Source of the DNA: Candidatus Heimdallarchaeum endolithica
GTDB lineage: Archaea; Asgardarchaeota; Heimdallarchaeia; Heimdallarchaeales; Heimdallarchaeaceae
Reading direction: 5' to 3'
Assembly: GCA_021513715.1 (NCBI GenBank)
Contig: CP084167.1
Coordinates: forward strand, 2,752,001-2,816,000
Length of the DNA: 64,000 bases
Shown: positions 9,692 to 18,853 of the stretch, in pieces
Layout of the letters: each line of letters opens with the position of its first letter
Numbering within the stretch: position 1 is the stretch's first letter
Notes under the pieces: model-generated
Database searches by the model: none
Told to the model about the DNA's origin: nothing
What the model saw: only the letters and a program-made list of their open reading frames with translations
Program-made: the position numbers and the translations under genes

Positions 9692-11533
9692 ATGGGTGTT
9701 GAATTTAGTAAAAGCTCAAGATCAAACTGTAGAATATGTGATACTCGTATTATCAAGGGAGAATTAAGATATTACAAAATTCAAGATACTGGTTATGATT
9801 TTGCTACTACGTGGTATTATCATATTAGATGTGTTGCGCTAGTTTCTCCTAAGATTATAAAAGCTGAACTCAAAGAAAATTATCCTGAAGAAATAATAGT
9901 TCTTTTAAAAAAATCTTTAAAATTGGGAAATGTTAAGATAAATGCTTTAACAAAAACAGAAACATTTGATTGGAAAAGTATTGTTAAATCAAGAAGTCAA
10001 TGGGTAAATTCCAAAAAAATTGCTGCTGTAAAAAGTAATTTCCACGCCTCTGAAATATTAAACAGCATTATTGAACGAAAAGCTATTTTTGAGTTGTATA
10101 ACTTTTTAAAAAATGAAATTTTTAAAATAAAACAAAAAGAACTTTTAATTATATTTTCCTCCATTTTTGACGAAACATGGAACTTTCCTACAGAAACTAT
10201 TACAAACAAATTTCCATATGGTTGGAACAAAGATGCGAAAATTCCTGCTTTGATTGTTAATTTATTATGTAATTGTTCTTTGAAAGAGGAAGATACGACT
10301 AATTTTTTACCATTTTATAAAAAAGTGTTACTTGAGTTTTCAAAAAGGAAATATACACAAAGTTACTCAAATAAAAAGAACATTGAGCATGACTTAGAAT
10401 TAAAACTTTTACATGAAATAATAGTTAATGATATAAATAAAGATACTAAATTTATTAAACAATTTTCTTCTTTATTAATTGAACGTATTTTTAGTTTTAA
10501 AGAGAATACTACATATGATATCAAAAGAAGCACTGATGTTTCTTACTTTTCTAGTAATAATATCTCCGAACTTTCCAGTAATTTTGGTTACTTGTCTTCT
10601 TACTGCTCAAATAATAATTATGCAGATTTTTTAAAAGACTTATATACTTTAAATCAGTTACTCGTTTTATTACCACAAAATGATCTAAATGAACTTTTGG
10701 CAGCTGTTAATGAGGAAATCGAACTTCAGTATTCAGGCTTAACTTATTTCAAAATTAAATCATTTATGTCATTTGTTTTTGACGATCGTGAAAGTCAAAT
10801 AAAACTAAAAGAGCAATTAATATCAGTTTATAATTTCTTAAATGAAAAAAAAAAAGTTCCAAGTATAATTAATAATACTTTTATTAGTGCTTTTTACGAA
10901 AAATCCGAATCTGCTTTATTAGATAATATAAAAAATTTGGTAAATGTCACATTAATCTCCATTTTTGCAGCATTTCCTGAAGAAGCTCATAGCTTATTTG
11001 GTGATATTTATTCTTATGAAGAAGAAATAACAAATAAAATTCGAGACACAATAAATAATTATCTTACAATTGAAGAAAACTTGTCTGAAAAAGGTAAAAA
11101 ATCTAGAAAAATATATGTTGAAGAAGTTAACAAGTTAGAACAAGGAACTATTAAAGAACATTTGATAAAACAAGCTGGTAATCTGTTTATTAATAAAGAA
11201 GTAAGTTGCTATTATGGCAATAAAAGCATAGGAAAGGTAATTTATACCAAGTTTTACAAGTCATTGACTCCAGCCGTAATATTACAGTTTTCTGATGGAA
11301 GTAAATTGGATATATTATCTTTCTCTTGGTCTCCTACTGTTGATACGCTTCCTCCTGATGGAATAGAAAATGTAATCCTTGAAAAGGGAAATAATGATGA
11401 AAATAGGCGATTGATATTAATTTTTAAGGATAAGATTGTTCCACTTTTTGGATATCCCCAAATATCTTGGGCATTGTCAAAAATACCTTATCTAAAAATA
11501 CAAATTGTAAAGGACGATTTTTTTAAAATTTAG
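9692..11533 (+). CDS. Protein with N-terminal PARP-type zinc finger and an uncharacterised helical body
   Basis: VEFSKSSRSNCRICDTRIIKGELR...WYYHIRC matches the zf-PARP pattern EYAKSxRxxCxxC...IxKxxLR...WYHxxC (CCHC). Confidence 0.8.
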   Translation: MGVEFSKSSRSNCRICDTRIIKGELRYYKIQDTGYDFATTWYYHIRCVALVSPKIIKAELKENYPEEIIVLLKKSLKLGNVKINALTKTETFDWKSIVKSRSQWVNSKKIAAVKSNFHASEILNSIIERKAIFELYNFLKNEIFKIKQKELLIIFSSIFDETWNFPTETITNKFPYGWNKDAKIPALIVNLLCNCSLKEEDTTNFLPFYKKVLLEFSKRKYTQSYSNKKNIEHDLELKLLHEIIVNDINKDTKFIKQFSSLLIERIFSFKENTTYDIKRSTDVSYFSSNNISELSSNFGYLSSYCSNNNYADFLKDLYTLNQLLVLLPQNDLNELLAAVNEEIELQYSGLTYFKIKSFMSFVFDDRESQIKLKEQLISVYNFLNEKKKVPSIINNTFISAFYEKSESALLDNIKNLVNVTLISIFAAFPEEAHSLFGDIYSYEEEITNKIRDTINNYLTIEENLSEKGKKSRKIYVEEVNKLEQGTIKEHLIKQAGNLFINKEVSCYYGNKSIGKVIYTKFYKSLTPAVILQFSDGSKLDILSFSWSPTVDTLPPDGIENVILEKGNNDENRRLILIFKDKIVPLFGYPQISWALSKIPYLKIQIVKDDFFKI

Positions 11534-11913
11534 TATTTTAATTATATTTTTACTCCTTCATTTGATCTATTCAATGTTGTCGGTTCATGTGATAGATTTA
11601 TAACAATGTTATTATTTTAGAGAGGACTTACTTTAATGCTTCTACTAAAAAATCTGCGCTTTACTCCATATTGAAATGTTAACAATGTTTTTTAAAAATA
11701 ATGAATTTACAGTTAAATTGAAAAAAGGAGAAGCAGTCAATTAGATATTATCAAATTGTATTATCTTAATTGCTAATAGAGATTCACTTTTTAGTAAAAA
11801 ATAAAAGTTATTTGTTTTTAGTTAGTTTTTTGTTTTGACATATTCTGATTTCTGTATTGGTGTTATCTTATCTTCTATTTAAGTTGTTTCAGAAGTACGA
11901 AATTAATATATCA

Positions 11914-12507
11914 TTATAAAAGAGACCTAAACAAGTCCTCTGACCACTTCTTATATTTCTCTACAACAATTTTTATTTTTTCTGATTTATTTTGTAGAAT
12001 ATCTTTTTTTATAGAAACTAAATAGTCTATATTTAATTTGTGTTTTATTGTCTCTTTGTCATTTTTTTTATAATCCCACCATATTATCATTCGTTTAGTG
12101 AATTTTAGTTTCCCAAATTTTTCATCATCTATTTCATATTTTTTAAGAAAATCTTCACTCAAGAATTTATGTAAACTTCCATTTTTTATGCGTTTTAGTT
12201 TCTTATCATCATTCTCTAATATCTTTAATGATCCATTATTATAAGCAGGCCAACATTTAGCTTCTGCAAGAATTCCTTCGTATTTACCGTTATTCTCTTT
12301 TTTAATAATATAATCAATTGCTATTCTTTTTCCGTCGTACGTTCCTCTTCGAATATCTTTACCCCATACATTGTCTTCGCCATATTTTTCTTTTAACCAT
12401 GCTAGTATAACATTTTCATAAAACCTTCCAAATACAGTAGCACAGAATTTAGCTCTCTCTTCGTTTTCAGAAGGTAATTCGATAATTTGACTAATATCTT
12501 CACTCAT
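11914..12507 (-). CDS. PD-(D/E)XK restriction-endonuclease-like nuclease
   Basis: GRFYE helix, IAIDYII strand and LAEAK motif; AGGTGA RBS upstream. Confidence 0.75.
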   Translation of the reverse strand: MSEDISQIIELPSENEERAKFCATVFGRFYENVILAWLKEKYGEDNVWGKDIRRGTYDGKRIAIDYIIKKENNGKYEGILAEAKCWPAYNNGSLKILENDDKKLKRIKNGSLHKFLSEDFLKKYEIDDEKFGKLKFTKRMIIWWDYKKNDKETIKHKLNIDYLVSIKKDILQNKSEKIKIVVEKYKKWSEDLFRSLL

Positions 12508-12550
12508 GATATCACCTATGTAAGTAATTATTAAATATATAATGGAAATT

Positions 12551-13385
12551 TTATACTTTTGTATGTTTTCTCAAAATTCCACTTATTGATTTTTCATATT
12601 CAAAATTTTTATTATGCACAAAATATGTTTGTTTACTCAATAGACATGGGTTACACTTTTTGGCGCTAGAGAAACGTAGGAGGTGATTCATAAATTTTTC
12701 TCTAAGGGTGAGGAAGTTTAAAGGATGGTGAGGGCGACTAAAATTGTAGTAAGAGCGATAGAAGGAGAGATTAGAGTTGCAGTATTTTAGACCTAATCTT
12801 TTCATCTCACGGATGATGGTTCCATGTAATCTTTCTCTTTTCCACATGTTTCAGGGTGGACAACTCTTGATTTGATGTGATTTATATCTCCTGTTCGACA
12901 TCAACGGAAAAAGTTATTTGTTCCTGTTCTAACAGAAAAGAAGAGTACCCTGTTATCGGTGAGAATAGACTTGGGGGCTATAAATCTCTATTGCTTCCTC
13001 TAGTAGATTTATTATCTGGTCTTTTCTTGGTGCAAAAGGGTGGAGTTTTGCTTCTAGGCAGAAACGTGAGTGGTCATCTATCAGAGTTATTAGATAGATA
13101 TGTTGTCTTTACTTGTATCTCAGCCCAGAATGGTCCTTTCACATCTATCTGCCCGTGTTAGTTAGGAGATGAGCGCTCAAACTCTCGTATAGCGGTTTGC
13201 TTCTCTTTTTTCTTTATTCCCAAGAGGAAAACCTAGCTTTTCTATTACTTTCATTACTGTAGAATGAGATACTGCTTTTTTTTCCTTCTTCAACAGATAA
13301 GCTATCTCTTTTTTCCATCAAAAGCCTTTTTAGTCACAATTTCGTAGTTTTTCTAGGTTAAGCTTGGTTTATTCAATATACATCA
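12551..13385 (-). pseudogene. Degraded IS481-family (rve/DDE) transposase
   Basis: Minus-strand fragments across stops and frameshifts: FERSSPN*HGQIDVKGPF, LIDDHSRF, PKSILTDN, HPETCGK / ERLHGTI, YNFSRPH. Possible TGT termini near 12560 and 13382 (weak). Boundaries approximate. Confidence 0.85.
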
Positions 13386-13549
13386 TTTATTCTTGTAACC
13401 CATTTTCTATCTATTTGTTACCAACGCGAGTAAACTAAACAACTAATTTATCATATAAAAAAATTTTTAAATTTACAAATACAATCATTAAATTGTAAAT
13501 GAAAAGAATTAAATCTAGCTCCTTTATTGAATAAAAAAGGTGTATATTA

Positions 13550-13726
13550 ATGTGTATAAAGGAAGAAATATTTAGGGACTTTGTTCAAAAGTTGAGAAAA
13601 GAAAAAGAATTTTCTGATGAAATTATCAATAAAATTAAAGAATTATGGGAACATGAAAAAATAACATCTCAAGAGGAAATTCTAAAGCTAATTTCAGGAG
13701 ATCATAGTGATGACATCAAAAATTAA
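13550..13726 (+). CDS. Small 58-aa helical protein overlapping the ATPase start (absent from the ORF track)
   Basis: ATG 13550 to TAA 13726: MCIKEEIFRDFVQKLRKEKEFSDEIINKIKELWEHEKITSQEEILKLISGDHSDDIKN. AGGTG RBS upstream; overlaps the next gene. Confidence 0.7.
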   Translation: MCIKEEIFRDFVQKLRKEKEFSDEIINKIKELWEHEKITSQEEILKLISGDHSDDIKN

Positions 13727-16103
13727 AAAAGTTAAAATTAATTCTTTGAGGGGAATTCGAGATCTAGAATTACAAATTGACGGTAAAAAGCTTTTGATAT
13801 ATGGTGAAAATGGAACAGGAAAAAGTTCAATAGTTGATGCTATCGAATTCTTTTTTTCTGGAACAATATCCCATTTGAAAGGTGTTAGAGGAATTTCTTT
13901 ACAAAACCATGGTCCTCATATACACTTTGAAAAAGATGATATGAATGTTGAAATTACTTTTAATCCAGGAAATATAACATTAACAAGGAACTTTAGTTTT
14001 ATGTCATCACCACCAGAACACTTGAAAAGCTATTTTCAAATAACGCAAAAAAGCGCTTTTATCCTACGCAGGTCTCAAGTTCTGGAATTCATTATAAGTC
14101 GTCCTGCTGAACGCTTTAGAGCAATTGGTAGCATAATTGGTATTGAATCATTGGATAATATTGAGCTTGAAATGAAGAAAGTTTTTGATAAAATAAAAGG
14201 AGACATTGAATTCTGTAATAAACAGTTCAAAAAAATCAAGAATGAACTTTCTAACATTATGAATAAAAAAATTGGAGGGATTGACGATATTTTACCAACA
14301 ATAAACAAAATGCTTAAAGAGGTTAATTATCCTCAAATGAAATCTCTTGAAATGTTTGATGAATACTCTGAAAAATTGTTAAGCTATACAAAGAAAACTA
14401 AAAGCTTTGATAAAATTCACTTACTTAAAATGATACGTGAAACAACAACACATAAACTTGTAGAAGAAGAGATAGAAAAAAAGATCTATTTACTAAATAC
14501 CAAAATAACAAAAATATTAGATGAGGATTTTATACTAAAGAAGTACATTCATAATATTTTATACAATGGTTTAACAATCTTAAAGGAACAAAAATCGGAA
14601 AAATGTCCATTGTGCGAGCAGGATATCGAAAGACAAAATTTAATGGAGAGAGTTGAATCAAGACTTAATACATTAAATGATCTTTCTAATACAGCCTCTG
14701 AAATTCGTGAATTATCTGCTAATATAATCAAAGAAATAGAAGTAATAGTTAATAAACTTAACAACGTAAACTTACACGTTAAATTAGTGGCTGAGTTATC
14801 TGAATTAAGTATACAAATTGAAGAACAAGTGATATGTCTAAAAGAAATTATAAAAAAAATTTCTTCTACTGGAGATTTTAAAAGTAATATTGAAGTTAAA
14901 ATAATAGAGCAACAATTTAATAAAGTTAAGAAATTGTGGAAATATATATCAAAAAAAAGTGAAAACTTACTTGAAGTAGCTGATATTTCCAAAGAAGAGA
15001 AAGAAGTATTAGATAAAATTCGTAAAATTGAAAAAGTCCGAAATAAGACTGTTGAAATACTAAATGTTCAATCTAAAATCAAAAAATATCAAAAAAGTTT
15101 CATTCTTGCGGAAAAAATGTATTATACTTTTTCAGAAGTTAAAAAAGCAAAAATTCAAGAAATATTTAGGAATATTCAAAATAATATTCAACAATATTTT
15201 AAAATTATTCATCCAAGTGAACCTTTTGAAAATATAGAGCTCCATATAATCCCTGAAAGAAGAGCAAGTACAGAGCTAAGATTAGACATATTTGGTCGAG
15301 AAAGAGAGGATCCTAGGGCGTTAATAAGTGAAGGTCATCTCGATTCTTTAGGGTTATGCATATTCCTTAGTTTTATAAAGAAATTTAATAAAGATTGTTC
15401 ATTAATTATATTAGATGATGTAGTTTCTACAGTTGATTCTAAACATCGAGAAAATATTTGTAAATTATTATTGGAAGAATTTAAAGATAAACAATTAATT
15501 ATAACAACACATGACGAATTGTGGTATGATCAATTACTTTCATATCAACGAGTTTACAATATGGAAAATGATTTTAAGAATATGGTTATTGTTAAATGGA
15601 GTATCAATACAGGACCAATAATTCAACCTTATAAAACCAGGTGGGAAAGGATACAAGAAAAAATTGATAAAGGAGATAAAAATGGTGCAGGAAATGAGGG
15701 GCGACAATATCTTGAGTGGATTCTAACAGAGATCTGTGAGAGAATGCGAGCACAAGTAAGTTTCAAGAAGTCTGGACGATATGAGTTGGGAGAATTACTA
15801 GACTCAGCTAAAAAACGACTAGACAAATTATTAAAAGACAGTGAATTTAAAGATAAAATCAAAGAAGCATTTGAAAATCTTGAAACTAAAGTCTTTTTAG
15901 GGAACATTCTTTCACATGAAAATAAAATAACTAAAAAAGTGTCCCTTAATGAAGTAGAAAGCTTTTGTAGTTCTGTAAAAAATCTTCATAATCAATTCTT
16001 GTGCTCTACTTGTGGCAAATTTTTAAATTATTACAACAATCTAAAGATAATTAGATGTTCAAACCCGAAATGCAAAGATCCTATTGAGGTGAAAACCACA
16101 TGA
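13707..16103 (+). CDS. SMC/Rad50-type ABC ATPase with zinc hook and HEPN-like C-terminus (RloC-like)
   Basis: Walker A GENGTGKS, coiled coil with CPLC hook, signature ISEGH, Walker B LIILDD, H-loop TTHD. Then GNEGRQYLE...GNILSHEN and a terminal CSTC/CSNPKC zinc ribbon. Confidence 0.8.
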   Translation: MMTSKIKKVKINSLRGIRDLELQIDGKKLLIYGENGTGKSSIVDAIEFFFSGTISHLKGVRGISLQNHGPHIHFEKDDMNVEITFNPGNITLTRNFSFMSSPPEHLKSYFQITQKSAFILRRSQVLEFIISRPAERFRAIGSIIGIESLDNIELEMKKVFDKIKGDIEFCNKQFKKIKNELSNIMNKKIGGIDDILPTINKMLKEVNYPQMKSLEMFDEYSEKLLSYTKKTKSFDKIHLLKMIRETTTHKLVEEEIEKKIYLLNTKITKILDEDFILKKYIHNILYNGLTILKEQKSEKCPLCEQDIERQNLMERVESRLNTLNDLSNTASEIRELSANIIKEIEVIVNKLNNVNLHVKLVAELSELSIQIEEQVICLKEIIKKISSTGDFKSNIEVKIIEQQFNKVKKLWKYISKKSENLLEVADISKEEKEVLDKIRKIEKVRNKTVEILNVQSKIKKYQKSFILAEKMYYTFSEVKKAKIQEIFRNIQNNIQQYFKIIHPSEPFENIELHIIPERRASTELRLDIFGREREDPRALISEGHLDSLGLCIFLSFIKKFNKDCSLIILDDVVSTVDSKHRENICKLLLEEFKDKQLIITTHDELWYDQLLSYQRVYNMENDFKNMVIVKWSINTGPIIQPYKTRWERIQEKIDKGDKNGAGNEGRQYLEWILTEICERMRAQVSFKKSGRYELGELLDSAKKRLDKLLKDSEFKDKIKEAFENLETKVFLGNILSHENKITKKVSLNEVESFCSSVKNLHNQFLCSTCGKFLNYYNNLKIIRCSNPKCKDPIEVKTT

Positions 16104-16170
16104 ATGGTTTATATAACAAAATTCCATTAAATTAATGTTTCTATTTTTCTTTTCTTTTTATCTTTAAATT

Positions 16171-17174
16171 AAGCATGTCCAAAAATTAATTTTTATTAAT
16201 GTGGGGGTTTATGTCGGAAGTATGAATTTCTTTCAGATCATAGACCCCCACAAAGCAAGAGAATTCATAATCATTAATGAACCTTTCCTTAAGAAACTGG
16301 TGAAAGAGGAACCGAGAGAAAGCAAGAGAGGGAGAAAGAGAATAGCAGAAAGATGGGTGATACTGGCTTTAGCAATCATTGCTAGAATAGAAGGGATAGC
16401 TTGGAGGAAGTTAGAGGAAAAGTTGTCTTTATGCGATTTTTTGATAGAAGAGGGGTGGATGAAGAAGATTCCTTCTAAATCTACTTTTCATGCAGTGTGG
16501 AGAGCGACAGAAAGTAAAATCTTAGAGCAGTGGATAATAGATTTAGGTAGGGAAATAGTGAGGAAAAAAGGCTTGAAAGCTATGGCAGTGGATAGTTCAG
16601 GGTTTAAAATCCGTCAAGCTTCTGTTTGGCGTTTTCTCAAGTGGGTAAGAGGAGGACTAAAGAAAACCTCTAAACTTTTCTGGAAGATACACCTTATAGT
16701 TGGTTTACCCTCTCGAGCTATAGTCTCTCTCGCTCATTCTGCTAGTAACACTCACGATAGTAAAGTCTTCGGTTTACTCTGGCAGAAACTTCCTTCTGCA
16801 CTCTTGAGACCTTTCTTGCGATTTTATGGAGACTGTGCCTACTGGACAGAAAATATCGTTGGACTTCTTAGCCAACATTCCTTTTTTCCTGTTATTCCCC
16901 CAAAAAGTAATGCTCGTTATCCCTCTCCTCCTCCCCTCGGACCAATAGTTCAAGCTCATCGTCTCTACCCTGGTCTGTATCGTCGTAATCATCATCCCGA
17001 GTATCGTAGTAGTATTGAACACGTCTTTGGTCTCCTTAAACTCTCTCTTCCCCCAATCCTTGATCGTTTACCCTCCACCATCCTCTCTACCTTGTACAGT
17101 TCTCTTCTCTGTTACAACTACCTTTTACTCCTTCGGACCGTTTAGTAGGTGAAAAAGAATTTTTGGACATGCTT
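16171..17174 (+). mobile_element. Intact IS5-family insertion sequence (1004 bp)
   Basis: Perfect 17-bp terminal inverted repeats AAGCATGTCCAAAAATT (16171-16187 and 17158-17174). Flanked by an 8-bp target duplication TTTAAATT (16163-16170 and 17175-17182). Higher GC than the flanks. Confidence 0.93.
16201..17145 (+). CDS. DDE transposase (IS5 family); start may be ATG 16222
   Basis: PSKSTF, AVDSSGF, KIHL, HDSK, YGDCAY and YRSSIEHVFG motifs. Confidence 0.9.
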   Translation: MGVYVGSMNFFQIIDPHKAREFIIINEPFLKKLVKEEPRESKRGRKRIAERWVILALAIIARIEGIAWRKLEEKLSLCDFLIEEGWMKKIPSKSTFHAVWRATESKILEQWIIDLGREIVRKKGLKAMAVDSSGFKIRQASVWRFLKWVRGGLKKTSKLFWKIHLIVGLPSRAIVSLAHSASNTHDSKVFGLLWQKLPSALLRPFLRFYGDCAYWTENIVGLLSQHSFFPVIPPKSNARYPSPPPLGPIVQAHRLYPGLYRRNHHPEYRSSIEHVFGLLKLSLPPILDRLPSTILSTLYSSLLCYNYLLLLRTV

Positions 17175-17285
17175 TTTAAATTATTGAAATGTTATTTATT
17201 ATTTATTTAATATTTTTTATTGTTAAATGATGAAAAATATTTCATCCTTCTGTAAATATTATACACCCTCCTCTCAATGAGTTTT

Positions 17286-17366
17286 TGGTGTCTTCTAACA
17301 TATTATATTTTCATAAGTAGGACTTAACAATAAGGCATGTTATTGTCCACAACTGGTGTCTTCTAA
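17286..17366. repeat. 13-bp direct repeat TGGTGTCTTCTAA flanking a dif-like palindrome
   Basis: Copies at 17286-17298 and 17354-17366. Between them is CTTAACAATAA-GGCATG-TTATTGTCCAC (17323-17350). Confidence 0.6.
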
Positions 17367-17460
17367 AAAGGTCTTATGTCCAAAAATCGTTATTTTAAAC
17401 CCTTTAAACTAAATATACCCATCTTATTGAAAGGTAGACTATAATAAATATTTATTCGGT

Positions 17461-18648
17461 TTATCGATTCTTCAGATGTTCTAATTCTTTTAGATCTTTT
17501 ATACTTTTGACAAGAATCTTCTTTTTAAACTCCGAATTATGGAAATATGCTAGTTGTTTATGGTCTATTTCTCGTTTGTATTTTACTTCTATTGCACAAT
17601 CTTTTCCTATTATAAAATCAATTTCTTTCCCATTAATGACACTGTAGCAAGGATTTTTGTTTTTTAGTTTTAAAAATACTAGATTCTCAAACAGTGCTCC
17701 CTTGTCCTTATAACCTACAAACATTGTTCGTATTCCTGTATCTGCAATATACACTTTTTTTGGTCCTCTTATTTGCTCATTTAATGATTTTGAACATTTA
17801 GGAACCAAGTAAATAAGATAGGTCTCTTCTAAATATGATAGATAATTAGCAATTGTCTCATTTTTTATTCCTAGCACTTTTCTTAACTTATTAATCGTTA
17901 ATCTTTTTCCTACCCTCTCACAGAGCAGTACGAACAACTCTTCAAGTTTTTTTATATTCCTTATATTGTACCTGGAGACTATATCTTTGTATAGAATATC
18001 TTTAACCAACTGTAGTAATTTCTCTTGATTTTTTGATAATACATATTCTGGCATTCCTCCTTCACGCAAATAATCGTCTACGTATTTCTCATATAGGTAG
18101 GATTCAGTTTTTGTTATTGTAAGATTATTAAAATTCAAATATTCTTCAAAAGTCAAAGGCTCTATTTTAACCACAATGTTCCGCCCAGTAAGGTAAGCTT
18201 TCTTATCCTTTACTACTAGACTATTTGAACCACTCGCATAAATTTTGACATTTTCACTATCGTGTAAGACTTTAAGTTCTCGTTCGAAGTCCTCTTTATA
18301 TTGAACCTCATCAAAAAATAAGAATAATTTCTCTTTTCTTTTTAACCCGTGAATCTTTCTAACTTCCTCTACGATATCTAGCAGACTAATGGTGTCAAGT
18401 GCTGGATGCTCTAAACTTAAGTAAAGTAGTTTTTCAGGTTGTGCTATTTTGTCTTTTAAGATTTTTGCGATTAATTGCTTCATAATAGTTGTTTTTCCAA
18501 CTCTTCTTAATCCCGTAATTATAACTATTTCTGAACTGTTCAATAATTTATATAATCTACTCAAATATTCTTCTCTTTTTATTCCCGGTGTAGAATATTC
18601 CTCTTCCCACCATGGGTTATACAAAAAAAGAATTTCTTCAAGATCCAT
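17461..18648 (-). CDS. AAA+ ATPase, AAA_14 + DUF4143 (COG1373) family
   Basis: NPWW start, GLRRVGKTT, LFFDEVQ, SGS, LTGR, GGMPE, KKVYIADTG, LFEN, EIDF..AIEVK. Confidence 0.92.
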   Translation of the reverse strand: MDLEEILFLYNPWWEEEYSTPGIKREEYLSRLYKLLNSSEIVIITGLRRVGKTTIMKQLIAKILKDKIAQPEKLLYLSLEHPALDTISLLDIVEEVRKIHGLKRKEKLFLFFDEVQYKEDFERELKVLHDSENVKIYASGSNSLVVKDKKAYLTGRNIVVKIEPLTFEEYLNFNNLTITKTESYLYEKYVDDYLREGGMPEYVLSKNQEKLLQLVKDILYKDIVSRYNIRNIKKLEELFVLLCERVGKRLTINKLRKVLGIKNETIANYLSYLEETYLIYLVPKCSKSLNEQIRGPKKVYIADTGIRTMFVGYKDKGALFENLVFLKLKNKNPCYSVINGKEIDFIIGKDCAIEVKYKREIDHKQLAYFHNSEFKKKILVKSIKDLKELEHLKNR

Positions 18649-18853
18649 ACTTTTTTATTTTCATTTTCTTATTAAAGTTTTCCGCTATACTGGAAAAAAA
18701 GAGTTGTTTTTTACTCCTTATGACGTGAAATGTGTTTTGTAAAAGAGAACTGAGAAATTTGTAGTTAATATTATCAAACTTTCTGAACTGAATTTTATTC
18801 CTATAATTTGATAATGTTACAAAATTAGTAAAATAGTTGGTTTTTTAATCATT

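Noticed and set aside
12877-13161. 94-aa plus-strand ORF
   Set aside because: It lies antisense to the IS481 transposase relic, which explains the sequence.
13707-16103. Housekeeping Rad50 or SMC
   Set aside because: No mre11/herA/nurA or scpAB neighbours, an extra C-terminal domain, and a position between IS elements.
18766-18819. 13-bp imperfect inverted repeat (TAATATTATCAAA / TTTGATAATGTTA) as an integron attC site; similar hairpins near 11738-11771 and 13471-13500
   Set aside because: R-box consensus and spacing fit poorly, no integron integrase is present, and such repeats arise easily in very AT-rich spacers.
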